Shown here piece after piece: positions 1-16,069 of a DNA stretch of 64,000 nucleotides. The notes below the pieces were generated by a model. The model was not told where the DNA came from. It did not search any database and was given only the letters and a program-made list of their open reading frames with translations. The stretch is from Octopus vulgaris (Eukaryota). The position numbers and the translations under genes were made by a program. Numbering within the stretch: position 1 is the first letter of the stretch; the number at the start of each line of letters is the position of its first letter. Location: contig OX597819.1 in assembly GCA_951406725.2 (NCBI GenBank), positions 103,850,001 through 103,914,000 of the forward strand, written 5' to 3'.

Positions 1-64
1 CATATATATATATATACATATATATAAATATATACATATATATATACATATATACATACATACG

Positions 65-122
<58 letters not shown>

Positions 123-129
123 CATACAT

Positions 130-169
<40 letters not shown>

Positions 170-1025
170 GTATGTATGAGTGTATGTGTGTATGTATTCA
201 TTGTTAATACCCCCACCTCTGTATAGATAGGTATAGTTTTTCATTAAATACAAACATACTTATATTTAATCTTGTCGTTCACCCCATCTAAATGTAAGTC
301 TTGGTTTTCTATTTTTTCATCTGAAAAATTCAAGCACTTATTTACTATTCTATTATTATCATCATTGTTATTAATGCCAGCATCAGCATCATCACTATCT
401 GCATTATTCTTGCTGCTGCTGCCACTATTATTACTTTTATTATTGTTATTTTCGTTATTATTGTTTTAGCTTTCATCAAATTGTGAGAAAAGAAAAAATC
501 TACATTAGTCCAGATTTTAAATTATTCTATATTTCTTCGTCGTATTCCATACTGCAAATATATATAACTATACACTTAAGCATATAAAAGCCTGTACATA
601 AATATGCATATATGTATGATGCATGTATGTGTGTTCGTGTGTCTTCGTGAATGCACACAGCTATATAAAGTGGCTTATTTACCTACATAAAATTATGCAT
701 TTGTGAAAATGCATATACATATATATATATATACAAAATGTATATCGCGAGACGCAGAACCTCTGCAGTCCTGAAAATTGTTTAGGACTTACGTTAAGTG
801 AAACAGATTCATCTCTTCGATGTTCGAAACGCGTGGGCTGAGGTTTTTTTTTTTTTTTTGGAACATGGAAGTCAACTGGCAAATTTTTTTTCGTGTTGCA
901 GAGCTTCACGATGCAGTATGACGTTCAGAAATGAAACGCGATCCAATACGAGGAAGGGCTTTAGTTACGAAGACCAGAATTTAAATGAAATACACAAACA
1001 AACATACGTATGTGTTTGTATTTGC

Positions 1026-1060
<35 letters not shown>

Positions 1061-1236
1061 TGTGTGTGTTTGTATGTGTGTGTGTGTGTGTGTGTGTGTG
1101 CTCACGCATGAATGTGAACATAACTATGTATTATTGTAAGTATAGATAGATTGATAGATACACACTTCCTATTCCATATATTCCTACATGTTTATATATA
1201 TATATAAATATATATATATATAAATATATACATACA

Positions 1237-1398
<162 letters not shown>

Positions 1399-1817
1399 AA
1401 CATACATACATAAGTATTGATATGTATATACATAGAAGGTGATGTGAAAGCAAGACAGACGAAGTTTGGTACTTAGATAGATAGATATAGATAGATAGAT
1501 AGATATATAGATAGATAGAGACAGACAGACAGACAGACAGAGACGGACAGACAGAGAGAGATGAGATACATACATATGTGCGTGCGTACATAGAAAGGAC
1601 GCTGCGTATATAACTTCGTGTAGTCAGGCTTTGTCGTTTTTAAACACTATAATTAAAGAGGAGTCGTATAGGCAGAGGCAAGAAAATATATAAAGTAGAA
1701 AACGTATAAAAATATATTCAGGATACAGACCATTTTTTCTTAATAACTACTATGTATGTACCTACACATATGTAATCATTTATACAAATATATATGCATA
1801 TATATATTATATATAAC

Positions 1818-1881
<64 letters not shown>

Positions 1882-1935
1882 TATATATATATATATTATA
1901 TATATATTATATATATATTATATATATAGATATAT

Positions 1936-2011
<76 letters not shown>

Positions 2012-2288
2012 CAAACATATATATACGCACACGTACACTCATTTGCGTGTGTAGATATGGCTCCACTGCGAGCGTGTATGGAAATATGAGTGTATGTCTC
2101 TATATGCGTATTAATAGAGTGAATGTATAACTACAACTCCATCGAACGGTAATATATCAAGGAATTACAAAAATAACTTTATATATATATCCATCATAAA
2201 AACAATAGTTTCAAAAGCTAATTTCATTCTCTATTAACCGTCTCTCCAAAAAATATCTTCTCTACAGTCGCATTTCATATACATATAC

Positions 2289-2354
<66 letters not shown>

Positions 2355-2661
2355 GTGTGTGTTTCTCTACTGTTGTTGTTACTGTAATTGCTGGTGTTGT
2401 GAAATTTCTTTGTCTTTGTTTCCATATAGTCTTACTTTGGCTGCAGGGTCTCAAGAAATGATGGCATATATAAACAAATATCCGATCATTTATTCGTATC
2501 TCCCTCCCACCCCAACTCTCTTTCTCTCTCTCCCTCTGAGCTTCCTTGCATATGTATATATATAAATATAAATCTTTATGTACGTATATATAGTATATAC
2601 CGACTATCTTTAATACATATGTATATATACATACATAAATCCACACATATATATATTCATA

Positions 2662-2718
<57 letters not shown>

Positions 2719-3395
2719 GTATATATATATATATCGAGACCAAGAGAAAAGTGCGTCATTATAGATATAAATTTATATATACAAAGCATTAAAATCTAAC
2801 GCATACACAAATATATTTATGTATACATATGTGAGTGTCTATGATTGTATGTATGTATTTCTATATACATATGTAATTATATAAGCGCACATCAAGCATT
2901 GTTTTGCATACATTTATATTTTACGTGTATATATATGATTATACATGCTTGTGAGTGCGTGTATGTAATATACTCTCGGATGTCAAATAGGTAATACAAA
3001 CACATTTGAGAAGGGAAGGAACAGCCAGTTAATTCGACCTCAGTACGAAATTGATATTTTATCTTATAGAATCCGGAATGGATATGTAAGTAGTATTTAG
3101 TGGGATACGCACACACACAAACACACCCACCCACACATACACACATATACATATGTAAAGTTTGAGGATAAAAAATTAGAATAATTTACGACCAGTGGTT
3201 CGCATGCGTAATAAAAGTCATAAGGTATAACATTTATTCATATATAAGAGTGTATAAAGGTTTACACAAAGAGTGAAGACCCTTGACAGGATTTCTTACA
3301 TGCTAAAAAGGGCAGTTACACCCAACCCACGAAAACATAATCCTGAATGCACGCTGTTAATAGCACGAGAGTGAACAAAATATAGAATTAGTTAA

Positions 3396-3462
3396 CCACA
3401 TACTCGAGTTTCACTATTAATGACAAAATAAATTAATTTGGCATCTGTAGTTCGTCAGCATT
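3396..3462 (-). ncRNA. Type I hammerhead ribozyme motif (Penelope-type, palindromic stem III)
   Basis: Minus strand reads CTGACGA-acta...tagt-GAAAC-tcga-GTA: catalytic core, stem II and GUA cleavage triplet present; stem I weak. Confidence 0.55.
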
Positions 3463-3469
3463 TTATATT

Positions 3470-3700
3470 AGTTTGTCATGTCGCATAGGGTGGAAGTACC
3501 TTGGTGACATTTTTGTGCAGCTACTAATCACATGTGCGATGTCTTCTACCGAAATGTGATTTAATCTACATTACGGTTTCGTCTTGAAACTCCAACAGCT
3601 TCGCTATCTCTTTTGTTTTTGGATTGCAAATGCATAGTCTTCGAAGTGTGATGTAGCGGTTTTCGAGAAACATACCTATGCAAGCTCTTTTTCCGTTTTT
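3470..3700 (-). mobile_element. Degenerate R4/Dong-type non-LTR retrotransposon fragment (zinc-knuckle region)
   Basis: Minus-strand translation gives HFEDYAFAIQ and VEDIAHVISSCTKMSPRYFHPMRHD, like the E..xH..xxC...RHD motif of RLE-type LINEs. Confidence 0.55.
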
Positions 3701-5339
3701 CGTTTTTCTTTTGTTTGTATACTGAGAGTTTCACACCCAGGTTTTCTTTGATGTATGCTAGTCCGGCTGATTTGGGGTTGAATGGGAGGTCATTAGGAAG
3801 AGGATACTTTCCGAGGAGCTCATGTATGTGTGTGTGTATGTGTGTATGTATGTATGTATGTATGTATTATGTTTGTATGTATGTCTTACCAAATACTACT
3901 TTCCTCTTCCTTCTTCCGGATTCTGTAAAATAAAATACCATTCTTGGACTTATTCGACAAGTCTTTACTTCTAAAATGCGTCTATATTATACGTAACAGA
4001 CATAATTATTATTTGTAAAATTTATAGTGTGTACATATTTATATATATATATAATGTTTTTAATGTTTACAGAATCAACAATCGATCAAATTTCTGGCTT
4101 CGAATTATAATTATATCCTTTCATATGTTCCTCCGAATTATTACTGTATCCTTTCATATATCCCTATTATATCTTTCATATACATCCCAAGAGAGAATGA
4201 AAAGTCGAAATTGCAGGATCGTCTCTAAAATTGACAATGCATATTCCAGCAATCTCGCATATCTCTATTACTAAGAGAACCGTTGGATGGCGGATCCTGT
4301 TTGGTAAATTAGCATGATAAACTAACCAGTGGGTGGTTTGAGGCGCCCGACAAACACTACGAGACGTAACTACCGTTGGGGAACCTGTTCTTCTCTCTCT
4401 CAATCTGTCGCTATAATGCCGTATATAATTTATCGTTCTAGATGTTTTTGTGTGCGTGTGTGTGAGTGTGTGCGTGTGTGTGAGTGTGTGCGTGTGTGTG
4501 AGTGTGTGCGCGCACACACACATATGCCCGCTGTTAAGTAACGATCTGAAGGAATGTTTTCGAAACCTATGCTGAATTCATAAGTTTATATAAGGCACTG
4601 GGCTTACCTAAAACATACAACACGCACACATACAAACACGCACTCACACACAGAGATACGCACATATGCATACGTAGAAATATACCTACATATACGGACA
4701 TATATACATGCTTTCAAAATTCATACATTAGTACATACATACAAGCAGTGGAAAACGCTTTCGAGAAAAACGATAACAAAAAGGAATTTTAATTCGACTT
4801 AGTTATCATTAGTATCCTTAACACAGCAAAATTTCCTAAGCTACAATCATAGTATTTAATATTAATATTCCTGCTACCTTTATCAAAATGCACGAAATAA
4901 CTAGCATCCAAACATTGACTGGTGGTCTCTGAAAACAGGAAACTCATTACCTATTGCCATGTTGTAGCGTACTTCAATTACCTGATCAAATTTAGTCTGT
5001 TTATCTATGTGTCAAACTCTAGCTATCAATAGATATTTATCAACCTACACACACAAACACACATATATATATTAATGTCTATCAATCCATCCATCACCCA
5101 CTCATTCTACCCTCACACTCTCTCTTTCTCTTTCTTTCTGCCTCTCTCCATACATGTGCGCGTTCGCGCAAGTGTGTGTAAGGAACAATTATGAGGAGGA
5201 GAATATAGAGACTGGTACATCCTCAAAATTTATTTCCTTTTATTTAAAAATGTCATACAACATATTTTTATGGTTACGATGTCCTACATGTTTTCCACTG
5301 TACAGAATATGTGCAGTTGCGCAAGCAACCTGGCATAAT

Positions 5340-6860
5340 TTTCGAAGCTGCCCACACATCCGCATGGGCCTTTATTGCCAGTGCATTTGAGTACTATCGC
5401 TACTGGCTTTTCCTTCCTTCGAGTGCGCTTTTCCTTGGTGGCAATTTCCAGATTCTCTTCTCTTTGCTTCATTCCCTTTTGCAGTATTTGTGTCTAGCGT
5501 GGGCGATCATTTGCGACCTAACTCCTATCCCAGGACATCCAGACCTATTGCCTTTGCATCTCTCTTGCAGACCTTCTTGAAACGATGATGAGGTCGTGTT
5601 CGTGTTCTTGAACTGGTGGCCAATTCCCCAGGCAGTAGGTTTTTGGGGATCCTCCTGTCCGGTATGCGATGCACATGACCGAGCCAGCGCAGACAGTGCC
5701 CCTGGGACAGGACGAATATACTGCGCGTCTAGGTACAGTTGAGGACTTCACTGTTGATGACTCAGTCGGTCCACTTGATATCAAGATGCGTCTCAGACTA
5801 CGAAGGTGGAGATGCCACTCCTGCCTGGAGTAGAGGCCCCATGTCTTACTGCTATAGACTAGTGTGCTGAGCACGCACGCCTTATAGACAGCAAACTTGG
5901 TGTTTATGGCCAGTTTTCTGTTTTCCCAGACTCTCTTTCTGGGCCTGTCAAATGTGGAGGATGCTCGTTCAATTCGCCTGGGTACAGGAAGAAATCATCA
6001 GAAATGGTAGAGCCGAGATAGGTGATTTTGTGGACTAACCCCTGAATATATCTTGATGGTGATGGTGGGGTCTTGACAATTTGGCCCAATACTTTCGCCT
6101 TCTTTAGACTGATAATCAGGCTGAATTCCTGACAGTCTTTGAGAGTTTGTCCACGAGTTGCTGGATTTGCTGATCTGAGTGCTCTGTCGGTGCTGTGTTG
6201 TCCACGAACAGACTTTCAGCGGATTTCACTTCCAACCTCGACAGACTGAATAGTCTAACGTCTCATCTGATGTGGAGGCAGTCGACAACACTTGATGCTT
6301 CGAGTTTAGCATAACTTCGAAAATGTTGCAAAGCAAGGTGGGGGTAAACGCACAGACCTGTTTAACGCCGCTACATATGCTGAAAGCCTCCGATGAAGAG
6401 CGATCAAACTGTATGACACTTGTCATATACGTGTAAAAAGATTGGGCAATCCTGAGGAGTCTTGGAGGACAGCCAATCTTAGCAAGGATATTGAACAGGC
6501 TGTCTCTGCTAATTAAGTCAAAAGCATGAAAGTGGCTAAGAGCAGTTGTCTTTGCTCTCGGCACTTCCTATGTAGTTGTCGAAGCGACACAATCAAGTCG
6601 CTGGTGGAACATTCTGAACTGAAGCCACACTGCGATTCGGGGTATAGCTTCTCAGCGAATTTCGGTAGCCTGTTTTGGACAACTCCGACGTTGCTTAATA
6701 GCGAGATGCTTCGGTAGTTATTGCAGTCGCTTTAGTCACGTTTGTTCTTGTATAGGTGACAACGTTACAGTCTCTTATGGTTTGAAGGATTGTTCCCTCT
6801 TCCCAGCACTGATGCAGTGGCTTCAGTAAGTGGCTAAGTAGAATTCTCCTGGTACACCCG
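5340..6860 (-). mobile_element. Decayed RTE-clade LINE (RT and C-terminal region)
   Basis: ORFs 6226..6564 (AFDLISRDSLFNILAKIGCPPRLL...GVKQ), 5904..6089 (TYLGSTIS) and 5545..5874 (LSTLVYSSKTW...HLRSLRRIL); frameshifts and stops. Confidence 0.85.
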
Positions 6861-7224
6861 ATGATATCTTTGTTTTTAATACAGTAGTGTATTTATATAA
6901 ATGTCTGTGCATATATATATACTTGAATTAATATATATGTATATGTATGTGCACATGCACACACAAGCACATATTACATCACACATATATGAACACATGT
7001 TTTGCAGTGTATAACTATGTACAAATATATATTAAAAGAGATATATGCACATATGCATAAGTGCATCTGCACTGAAAGTTATATGTAGATACTAGATTAG
7101 TATATGCATGTATGAGGTCATATATACACTTTAAGGAGTATATTTTCATTTCATTTCATCTAGTTTCAGCTCATGAGCTGTGGCCATGCTGGGACACCGC
7201 CATTCATAAATATATATATATATA

Positions 7225-7975
7225 TATATTCTCTCTTTGTTCCTTTGCGCCACATGGGTTCAACTCTCCTCCCCTCTTCCACTCTCCTCTCTTCCTCTTA
7301 CACCTAATTCCTCCCACCCACCTCTCCTCACTTGCTCTGGCACCTATTTCCTCTCTTCACTCCTACCCACCTTCCCCCTTCAACCCTCTCCTTTCACCGT
7401 CACCACCTCCCTCGTTACCGACCCCTACACATTCCAACCCCACCATCCCTATACATCAAATCCCACCCAACACCATCCCTTAGACCCACCCTTGCTTCCT
7501 CCACTTTCGCCTCCCCACACCCCAACAACACCACGTCACACTACCATACCACACCACCACACCACCATACCACGCCACACCACATCAGACCAACCCGCAC
7601 ACACTGGCACCTACACCATCATCCACACACCTACACATACACACACGCACACATCAATGTCACCAGCCACCTTTCGCCCGCACATACACGCTCTCACATA
7701 CACATGCACGCGCACCTCTTTGGAATCACCAATACTTTATTATCTCCCCTTCTTCTTAGCTCTCGTGTCTCAATCCTTTGTCTGGCATTCGCTATGATAG
7801 ATCGCTAGCCACTACACCTATTTCTATTTTCTCACCCTGTTTATTTCTGTGTTCCTTTCTATCTAAGAGCGTAGACTCGAAATATAAAATACTTTCTCAC
7901 TTCCTGAGCGTTAAAGTAATACATCTCTTTGTTGTTTACACAGCCGCGTTTCGTTGTTTCTTTTTTGTAAATTCT
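7225..7975 (+). mobile_element. Probable 3' end of a Penelope-like element with low-complexity CA/CT-rich tail
   Basis: IFSLCSFAPHGFN resembles the terminal LxxxxPxGLN motif of PLE GIY-YIG domains; degenerate hammerhead-like ctaagag...ctcgaaa near 7863-7882. Confidence 0.45.
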
Positions 7976-8019
7976 CTCTCTCTCACTATCTCTCAGTCTG
8001 TCTGTCTGCCTCTCTCATT

Positions 8020-8081
<62 letters not shown>

Positions 8082-8096
8082 GTATGTATATGTAGC

Positions 8097-8132
<36 letters not shown>

Positions 8133-8148
8133 ACATACATCTACAAAG

Positions 8149-8221
<73 letters not shown>

Positions 8222-8745
8222 TGCACATATACGTCCATATGCGTTTGTGTGTGCGCGGACTACATGTGCATGCATTTATGTTAGTGTTGTGTGTGTGTCT
8301 GCAAAACTTTCAACTACTTAGACTATAATTGAATGATTAGGATGTCCACTTGTTCAGACAACTGGAATAGTCATCGTTGAAATCGACAGGGATCCATTTA
8401 CGTGTACGTGTGAGGTGTAGGTCGGGCGGATTGTGTATGATCTGATGATTTTCAGTAATTGTTATTGCCAATGTAATCAGCTTGGAGCTATGATAAATTA
8501 AGTAACTTGGTCAGTTGTTAATAGCGGTTAATTTACGTGGTGTTCATCTGTACTCTTTCATAAGGATATCTTCATGTACCTCTGGGTGTATAGCAGTGTA
8601 CGTGTGAGTATATGTGTGTCTGCGCCTATGTCTGTGAGCGGTATTTGTGAATGTGCGTATATATGACTGTGTCTGCATATGTGTAAATGTATTAACTGGA
8701 TCTCTGTTTTATGCATATGTATGCGTATACATATCCACACACACG

Positions 8746-8789
<44 letters not shown>

Positions 8790-8832
8790 GTGAGAGAAAA
8801 AGAGAGAGAGAGAGTGTGTGTGATAGACATAT

Positions 8833-8919
<87 letters not shown>

Positions 8920-8944
8920 TGTATGTATATATTTATATCGATAA

Positions 8945-9008
<64 letters not shown>

Positions 9009-9098
9009 GTATGTGTGCATATATATATATTATGCATATATATGCATATATAGAGAGAGATTATGCATATATATATATGCATATATATAGAGAGATTA

Positions 9099-9140
<42 letters not shown>

Positions 9141-10475
9141 CATATATATAAGCATTCATATATGGGTACAGGACGTCCCTAACTGTAAACAACACGAAAT
9201 ACGAAATCAAATAAATTCAATACGCAAACAACGGGAGAAACAAATGGTAAAACTGGACAAATAACAGACAAACGACCCGTCATCAGTTGTCAGCTCTCTA
9301 TCTACTCCCCATTTCAAGGAGTAGATATATACATATATACACATGCTTATATAGGCACAGGACGTCACAAGAATATAATTGCACATATGTATAAGTCAGC
9401 ATCCAAATATGAATTTGCTCAATTCACATATTGTTCTATGTATATGTACCTGTATATATTTGTAAAGTAGTTAAGCATAAATATGTGCGTACGTGCATGT
9501 GCGTGTGCGTGTGTGCGTATGTACATCTGTGAGCTTGTATGTGTATCTGTAATTCTGCTCCGATCACATAATACGTAATATGTTTACTAAAGTATACGTA
9601 ATGATGTGTGTATATACGTTTATGACCAGCGGTGTATACATGTGAGCAAACCGATATGTGTGTATAAATATGTAAATATGTATGTATACATACATATGTG
9701 TGTCTATGAGTGTGCGTATGTCTGTATGCATATTTAAATATATATATATATATAGATGTATATACTTGCATATACATATCATTCAACTACGGTGTTCTTA
9801 CGGCCGCAATTTACTCGCATGCAGCATTTTTCAGAGCTTGTTGCTAATTCAGTTCTTAACCAAATTCAAAACTTTCAAAAAATTCAAAAAAATTCAAATG
9901 CAAAAAAAGTTAATATTTTTGAAGAGGACTGGTTCCTGACTACATTTTGGTATACAGAATTGTGATTTGATCCAGTATAAAAAAAGTTTACATCGAAATT
10001 TGTAGCAACAGTATAGGAGAGTAAGTAACGCCACCAATCAAGTTTAGATTTAATAACTTTTTTTTATTTTAATAGCAAAATATATCTATCTTAACTTCAA
10101 TGATAGATGAAAGCATGAAGAATTTCCTAGTTTTGGTCCCATGCAACAGAATTTGTATTTAAAATGTTGTGAGGTAAAATATCATGAAAAAATATGAAAA
10201 AATAAATTTGGATTTAAGTATAATTAACTTTTTTATTTTAAAATCAAATTATATTTTAATTAAGCTTAAAGGATAGAGCTCAATTCGAAGAATTTCATGT
10301 TATCAATCTCATGCAATGAAGAAAGAAAGAATGATGAACAGACAGACAAATGGATTGATAGATTCAGAGAGAGATGGTGGGGAGAGAGAAATTGACAGAT
10401 AGGTAATGTATAGAGATGTATTTATAGATGCATATGAGTAATTGTATCATATATATATATATATATATATGTATG

Positions 10476-10523
<48 letters not shown>

Positions 10524-11568
10524 TGTATGTACATTAGTTAATTCTTAATGGCTAATTAATCAAAATATTTAAAAATGCAAAAAAATAAACTGCAACTTCA
10601 ATATGGAAACTGTGTGAATTATCAACAAATTATTTTACTTATTAATTTATCAATTCTGCACATAAAATTTTACAGACTAAAATAGTAGAATATTAAATTA
10701 ATGTTTAAAATGAAAGGAAAATATATCATCTGTTGTTACATGTTCACACGCGCGCACGCGCAAACACACTTATATATGTATGTATTAATTTTTTGCAATA
10801 AATACTTAAAATTTCAATATTTAAAGAGAGAGTCTGAAAGAAAGTTTTGAATAAATAGAATGATACGAACCTTGAGAAATGGAATTTATGAATGATGTGA
10901 ATGCGCCTTCATTATTAAACTTTTCAAACATACGAGTTAATGGGTAACCTTCTATACCTATTACCCATTACGTATGTCTTTGGAACATTTAGCCCCTACA
11001 GGTAATACTAAAATTTCATTAAAAAAAGTTCGTATATTTCTATTTTTCAGAAAATAATTTTAAATAATCAATAGCTTTTATTTAAAAATAATCAATAGCT
11101 TTTATTTAGAAATAAATCTTTACTTAGATACATATGGCGATATACTCCTATGATAGCTGTTATAGTGTATTGAAAGTAAAATATATTAGAAACGAATGTG
11201 AATAAGACAGAACTAAATAGAACTACAAGATCTGAAAAGAATTTAGGCTGGGCATATTGTTATAAGAGAATTAATAGATAGGTATATTGAAATTTCTAAT
11301 AATAATAATAACATGGTTTGAGGCTTATGAAGGAAGAGGGCAAAGGAAACAACAACGACTAAATGACGTTAGCTATTAAATCAGACTAATATACTCCACG
11401 TGAAAACGAAATAACGCATTGTATTAGCTGGAAGAATAAACAGTAGCATGGCTACTTCTTGATACTGATCGAACACGAATTTGAAACAACGTTACAAGAC
11501 TACATTGTTGTTTTCGTATATACATACACATATATGTATATACATACACACACACACACACACACACC

Positions 11569-11616
<48 letters not shown>

Positions 11617-11861
11617 TTTTATATATGTATAAAAGGAGTGTGAGTGAATAAAGAAAGTGATGAAATAAGAAAAAGCGATGTATGCGTATATAGAGATATA
11701 CATAAGTACATGCATATCTGTATAGACAGACAGACAGACACACAGACACGCAGACAGACAGATAGATACATACATACATACATACATACATACATAGTTA
11801 GATTGGCAGATTGAAATAAATTTAAAGAAACACAAATATTGCACACATCATGATCACGAAG

Positions 11862-11903
<42 letters not shown>

Positions 11904-11972
11904 CATACATACATACATATATATATATACATACACACACTTATAAATATATATACTTACACACATACATAC

Positions 11973-12034
<62 letters not shown>

Positions 12035-12349
12035 AAATCTACGCGTATGTAATTATATATATATATATATATATATATAAACATAGTACGTATGTGTATA
12101 CTAAGATGTTTGCTACGGCTGCGTAGCTGTGCAAACGAATGTGTATAGAGACAGAAAGAATAACAATGCCATTCGCATGTGGACGTAACTTGGGGACACG
12201 TTGACATTACTAAGGATCACTAATTGCAAACATATAAACCCTTACTAATTTGCCTGACATCAATGGTTAGCAAATTGTCTACACTCATTAATTGTGTTTG
12301 ATATATTCCAAAGAAGAAGAGGGCAAAACTATTTAAGCAAGAAACAACA

Positions 12350-12830
12350 TCGATAATAATGAAGACCATGATGAAAATGATGATGAGGAAGAGAATGATG
12401 ATTCTGATGATAATGGTGATGATAGTGATGATGATGTTAATGTTGATGATGATGATGATGATGATGTGGATGATGGTGGTGACGGTGATGATAATGATGA
12501 TGACGACGGTGACGATGATAATGACGATAATGATGAGTGTAGTCATGATGACGATTATATTGATGATGGTGGTGGTTATAGTGGTGGGGTTGTGGTGGTG
12601 GTAGTGGTGGTGGTGGTGGTGGTAGTGATTGTAATAGTTGTGGTAATAGTGGTGGTGGTAGTATTATAATGGTGGCCGTAGTAGCAGTGGTGGCGGTGAT
12701 GGCGGTGGCGTCAGCAACGACATCAACGACGTCGAACATCATGAGGAGGAGGAGGAGGAGGAGGAGGATAACAACGGCGACGACGAGGAGGATGACGAAA
12801 ATAATAGCGGTAATAGTAATAATAATTTGC
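12350..12830. repeat. Compound trinucleotide microsatellite (GAT/GGT/GAG/AAT)
   Basis: Seen directly; explains the poly-M/V/H/P ORFs. Confidence 0.9.
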
Positions 12831-14764
12831 TATACATTAGCTTAAAGCTATTGGTGTTGTGATTTCCGTCTCGGATTCCGCTACCAATTCCATTTATTGG
12901 CCTCAAGAGCTTTGTGCAAAACAACAATTGGTGCAAGTTGTTCTGTTATTGAATTCTAAAGCCATTTCCTTGCTTCATTGTAGGCGTGTGTCCGACATAT
13001 ACATCCTTACGATGCAGCGTAAATATATACAGACACATGTATAAATGCACATTCACTAATACGTACAACCACATAAACGCGCACACATATAATGCATAAT
13101 ATATGAATTACACGTCTGCATGAATCTGTGCATGCCTGCATGCATTTGTGTACGTATGCATAAATGCATGTCTGTATGTATGTACGTATTTATGTATGTG
13201 TGTATGCATGAATGCATGTATGTAGGTATATATAAATGTGAACATATGCATATTGCACGTAAGACGAGAGAGAGTATTTTAAGTATTTAGGTGTGCCAAA
13301 TGAGCGGGCATGATATATGCATGTATGTGTGTACTTAAGTAAAGATATATCTTTCTGTATATGCACGTATGTATTTATGCATCTATGCATATATATATAT
13401 ATGCTTATATGTATGTGTGTATTATATACTCGTATAAACGTATGGATATGTATGTATTATGTACTCGTATATACATTTATACGTGTATATATATATATGC
13501 ATGTTTGTATGTGTGTATAATTATATATGCATTTGTAAGCATATTTGTAGCACACATACACGTTGTTGTGGTTTCTAGTTTTTATTTAGACAAGAAATTT
13601 CTATCGCTACAGTGCTTAGTCTTACTCTTTTGCACATAGACAAATATCACTTTCTCTATGAATATTCCAACTTCAACATGTTAAAAACTTTCCAGAATTT
13701 TCCCGTTAAGAGAACCCTGAAAAATAAATTTAAAAGAGATGATGTATACAGAAATAAATGCTTAGCATATCTTTTTCCTTCTTTTCTCTGTCATGAGACA
13801 GCGGCCATTCTCGGGCACAGGTTTGAATTTTTAGCCCAATGAATTGATCCTAGCATTTTTTTCAAATGCCCGGTGTCTCTGACGAACAGCCCGTTTTACT
13901 ACTGAGACGTAAACCCAGTCTCACAAGCCAGCAGAAAATAATAAATTTAAGCTGCGTTCTATATGGCTTCAGAATTAGGAAAATTTGACTCTGTAAATTA
14001 TAAGGGTAAAAAATTAGAATGATTTATTACCAGCGGTGTATAAATCTTTATACACTCTTATATATGTGTTCTTATGAATTTCATTACGCATGCGAACCAC
14101 AGGCAATAAATTATTCTAATTTTTTACATAGTATATATATATGTATGTGTGAGTGTGAGTGTGTGTGTGTGTGCGCTTGTGTGTGTGCTTGTGTGTGTGT
14201 GCGTGTGTGTGTGCGTGTGTATGTGTGTGTCTGTGTTTGTCCCTACCCCCATGCCATCGCTTGACAACCGATGTTGGTGTATTTACGTCCTCGGAACTTA
14301 ACGGTTTGGCACACACACAAACACACACGCACACACAAACAGACATACACACACACACACATACAATTTGGTAGGCTGCTTACTGTAACGTATCTCGTTC
14401 AGAGCTAATACAGATACAAGGCCAGGTATTTGATGAAGCATTTACGCGATTTACTGAAGCTCAGTACTTGACTGGCTTTTAACTTCTTTCTTCTTCACTC
14501 CTGAAAGATGGAAGTCGCAGCGTACTTGCATTTAATTATTTTTTTATGTGCTAATTAGTTAATTATTTAACTAGTTCCCTCATCGATTGTTTGGTTAATC
14601 GTTCATTCATTCATTCAATCAATCAATCAATAATTCAACTGTGTTTGTCGAAGACTTTTTGACATCATTTGGGACATTATCAAGGATGTATCCTTTGTAC
14701 TCCAATATGCTTCAGGTCTAGAGACAAACAGACACAAAGTAATAATTAACCAATTGACTAATAA

Positions 14765-15130
14765 CGGTTTCACATTTTGACACGAGGCAGGTAATTCCGG
14801 TAGAATGGGTGAATCGTTTATATCAATCCCAGTGCGAAACTGGTACGTATTATATTGACCCCAACGGGATGAAATGCAAAGGTGATCTCGGCAGAATTTG
14901 AGCTAAGAACATAAAGATGGAAGAAATACTGCTAAGCATTTTGACTAATAATTTCAAATTTTGGTACAAAGCCAGCAATATCGGGGGTTGAGGGTACGTC
15001 TAATTCATGAACACCAGTGCTCAACTGGTACTTATTTTATCGACCTTTAAAGGATGTAAGGTAAATTTGACCATAGCAGAATTTGAACCGAGAACATAAA
15101 GCCGGACCAGATGCCACTAAGCATTTTTCC
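14765..15130 (-). mobile_element. Two tandem degenerate copies of tRNA-derived SINE family 2
   Basis: Match 17380-17591 and 58476-58658 (ttcaaattttggcac..gccagcaa...actggtacttattttatcgacc...gaatttgaac). Confidence 0.7.
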
Positions 15131-16069
15131 TATTCACTAATAATAATAAAATAAGTGAAATAAAAACTAGCGTATATATCTGTTATTGACATAATGAATT
15201 TCACGAAATGTATCGATAACAATTATCAAATTATATTTCCGCAAAATTCCCTGTATAAAATGAAATAAGAGAAAATTAGATGTTGTGTTGATCATGCCTT
15301 TTTAGGAGCATGAAAGAGCAGGCGTAGATTAAGTTGATTTATTACATACCAAAGAATCAAAATGGAGTTTCAGATGCAGATATGTATAGAATTATCTGAA
15401 TAAATTCGCTTCTATGAATGGGCTACTGCTCACACCTTGGAAATTTTTTTTCCTTCAAAATACACTTCTTGTTTTCTCGCCCTTTGTAGACCCACAGTAA
15501 GTAAGCATTTGAAGAACACAACATCTGGATGCCATATACAGATTAGAATGATAAAAAAAATGATATTTACATAATTGTTGCCACTAATAAATTACAAGTT
15601 ATACTTCATTTTTATCTGCCATTATCATCACTCTCTAATTGCCCGTGGTTTTTAAATGTTCGTATTGGGAAATGTGTGACTGCTTGTCTGTGTGTGTGAT
15701 TCCGTGTGTGTATTCCCTATATGGCATTCTTTTCTTGTTGTTGTCGTCGTCAGTGTTGTTTGTAATAATATTGTTTTTGGGTTTTGTTATATGCATGTAT
15801 GTATGTATGTATGTATGTATGTATGTATGCATGTGAATCAAGATACATACGCGCACACACACATACTTATATATATATATAAATATATGTATATGTATAC
15901 ATAAGTCTATAAATGTATGATATGCATGTATATACGTATGTATATGTGTGTGTTTGGCGTATACATGTGCCTGTGTATGCGTTTGATTGTTTTTCTATCA
16001 ATAACTTTTTTTTTGGCCTCCATGTAGTTTTTCTTGTGTGCTGTTGCTGCTTCTGCTGGTTGCGATTAT

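Noticed and set aside
765-840. Hammerhead-like words (ctgaaaa...gaaac; gaaacgcgt), and similar at 4546-4570 and 9280-9320
   Set aside because: Core or stems incomplete; cannot be folded convincingly
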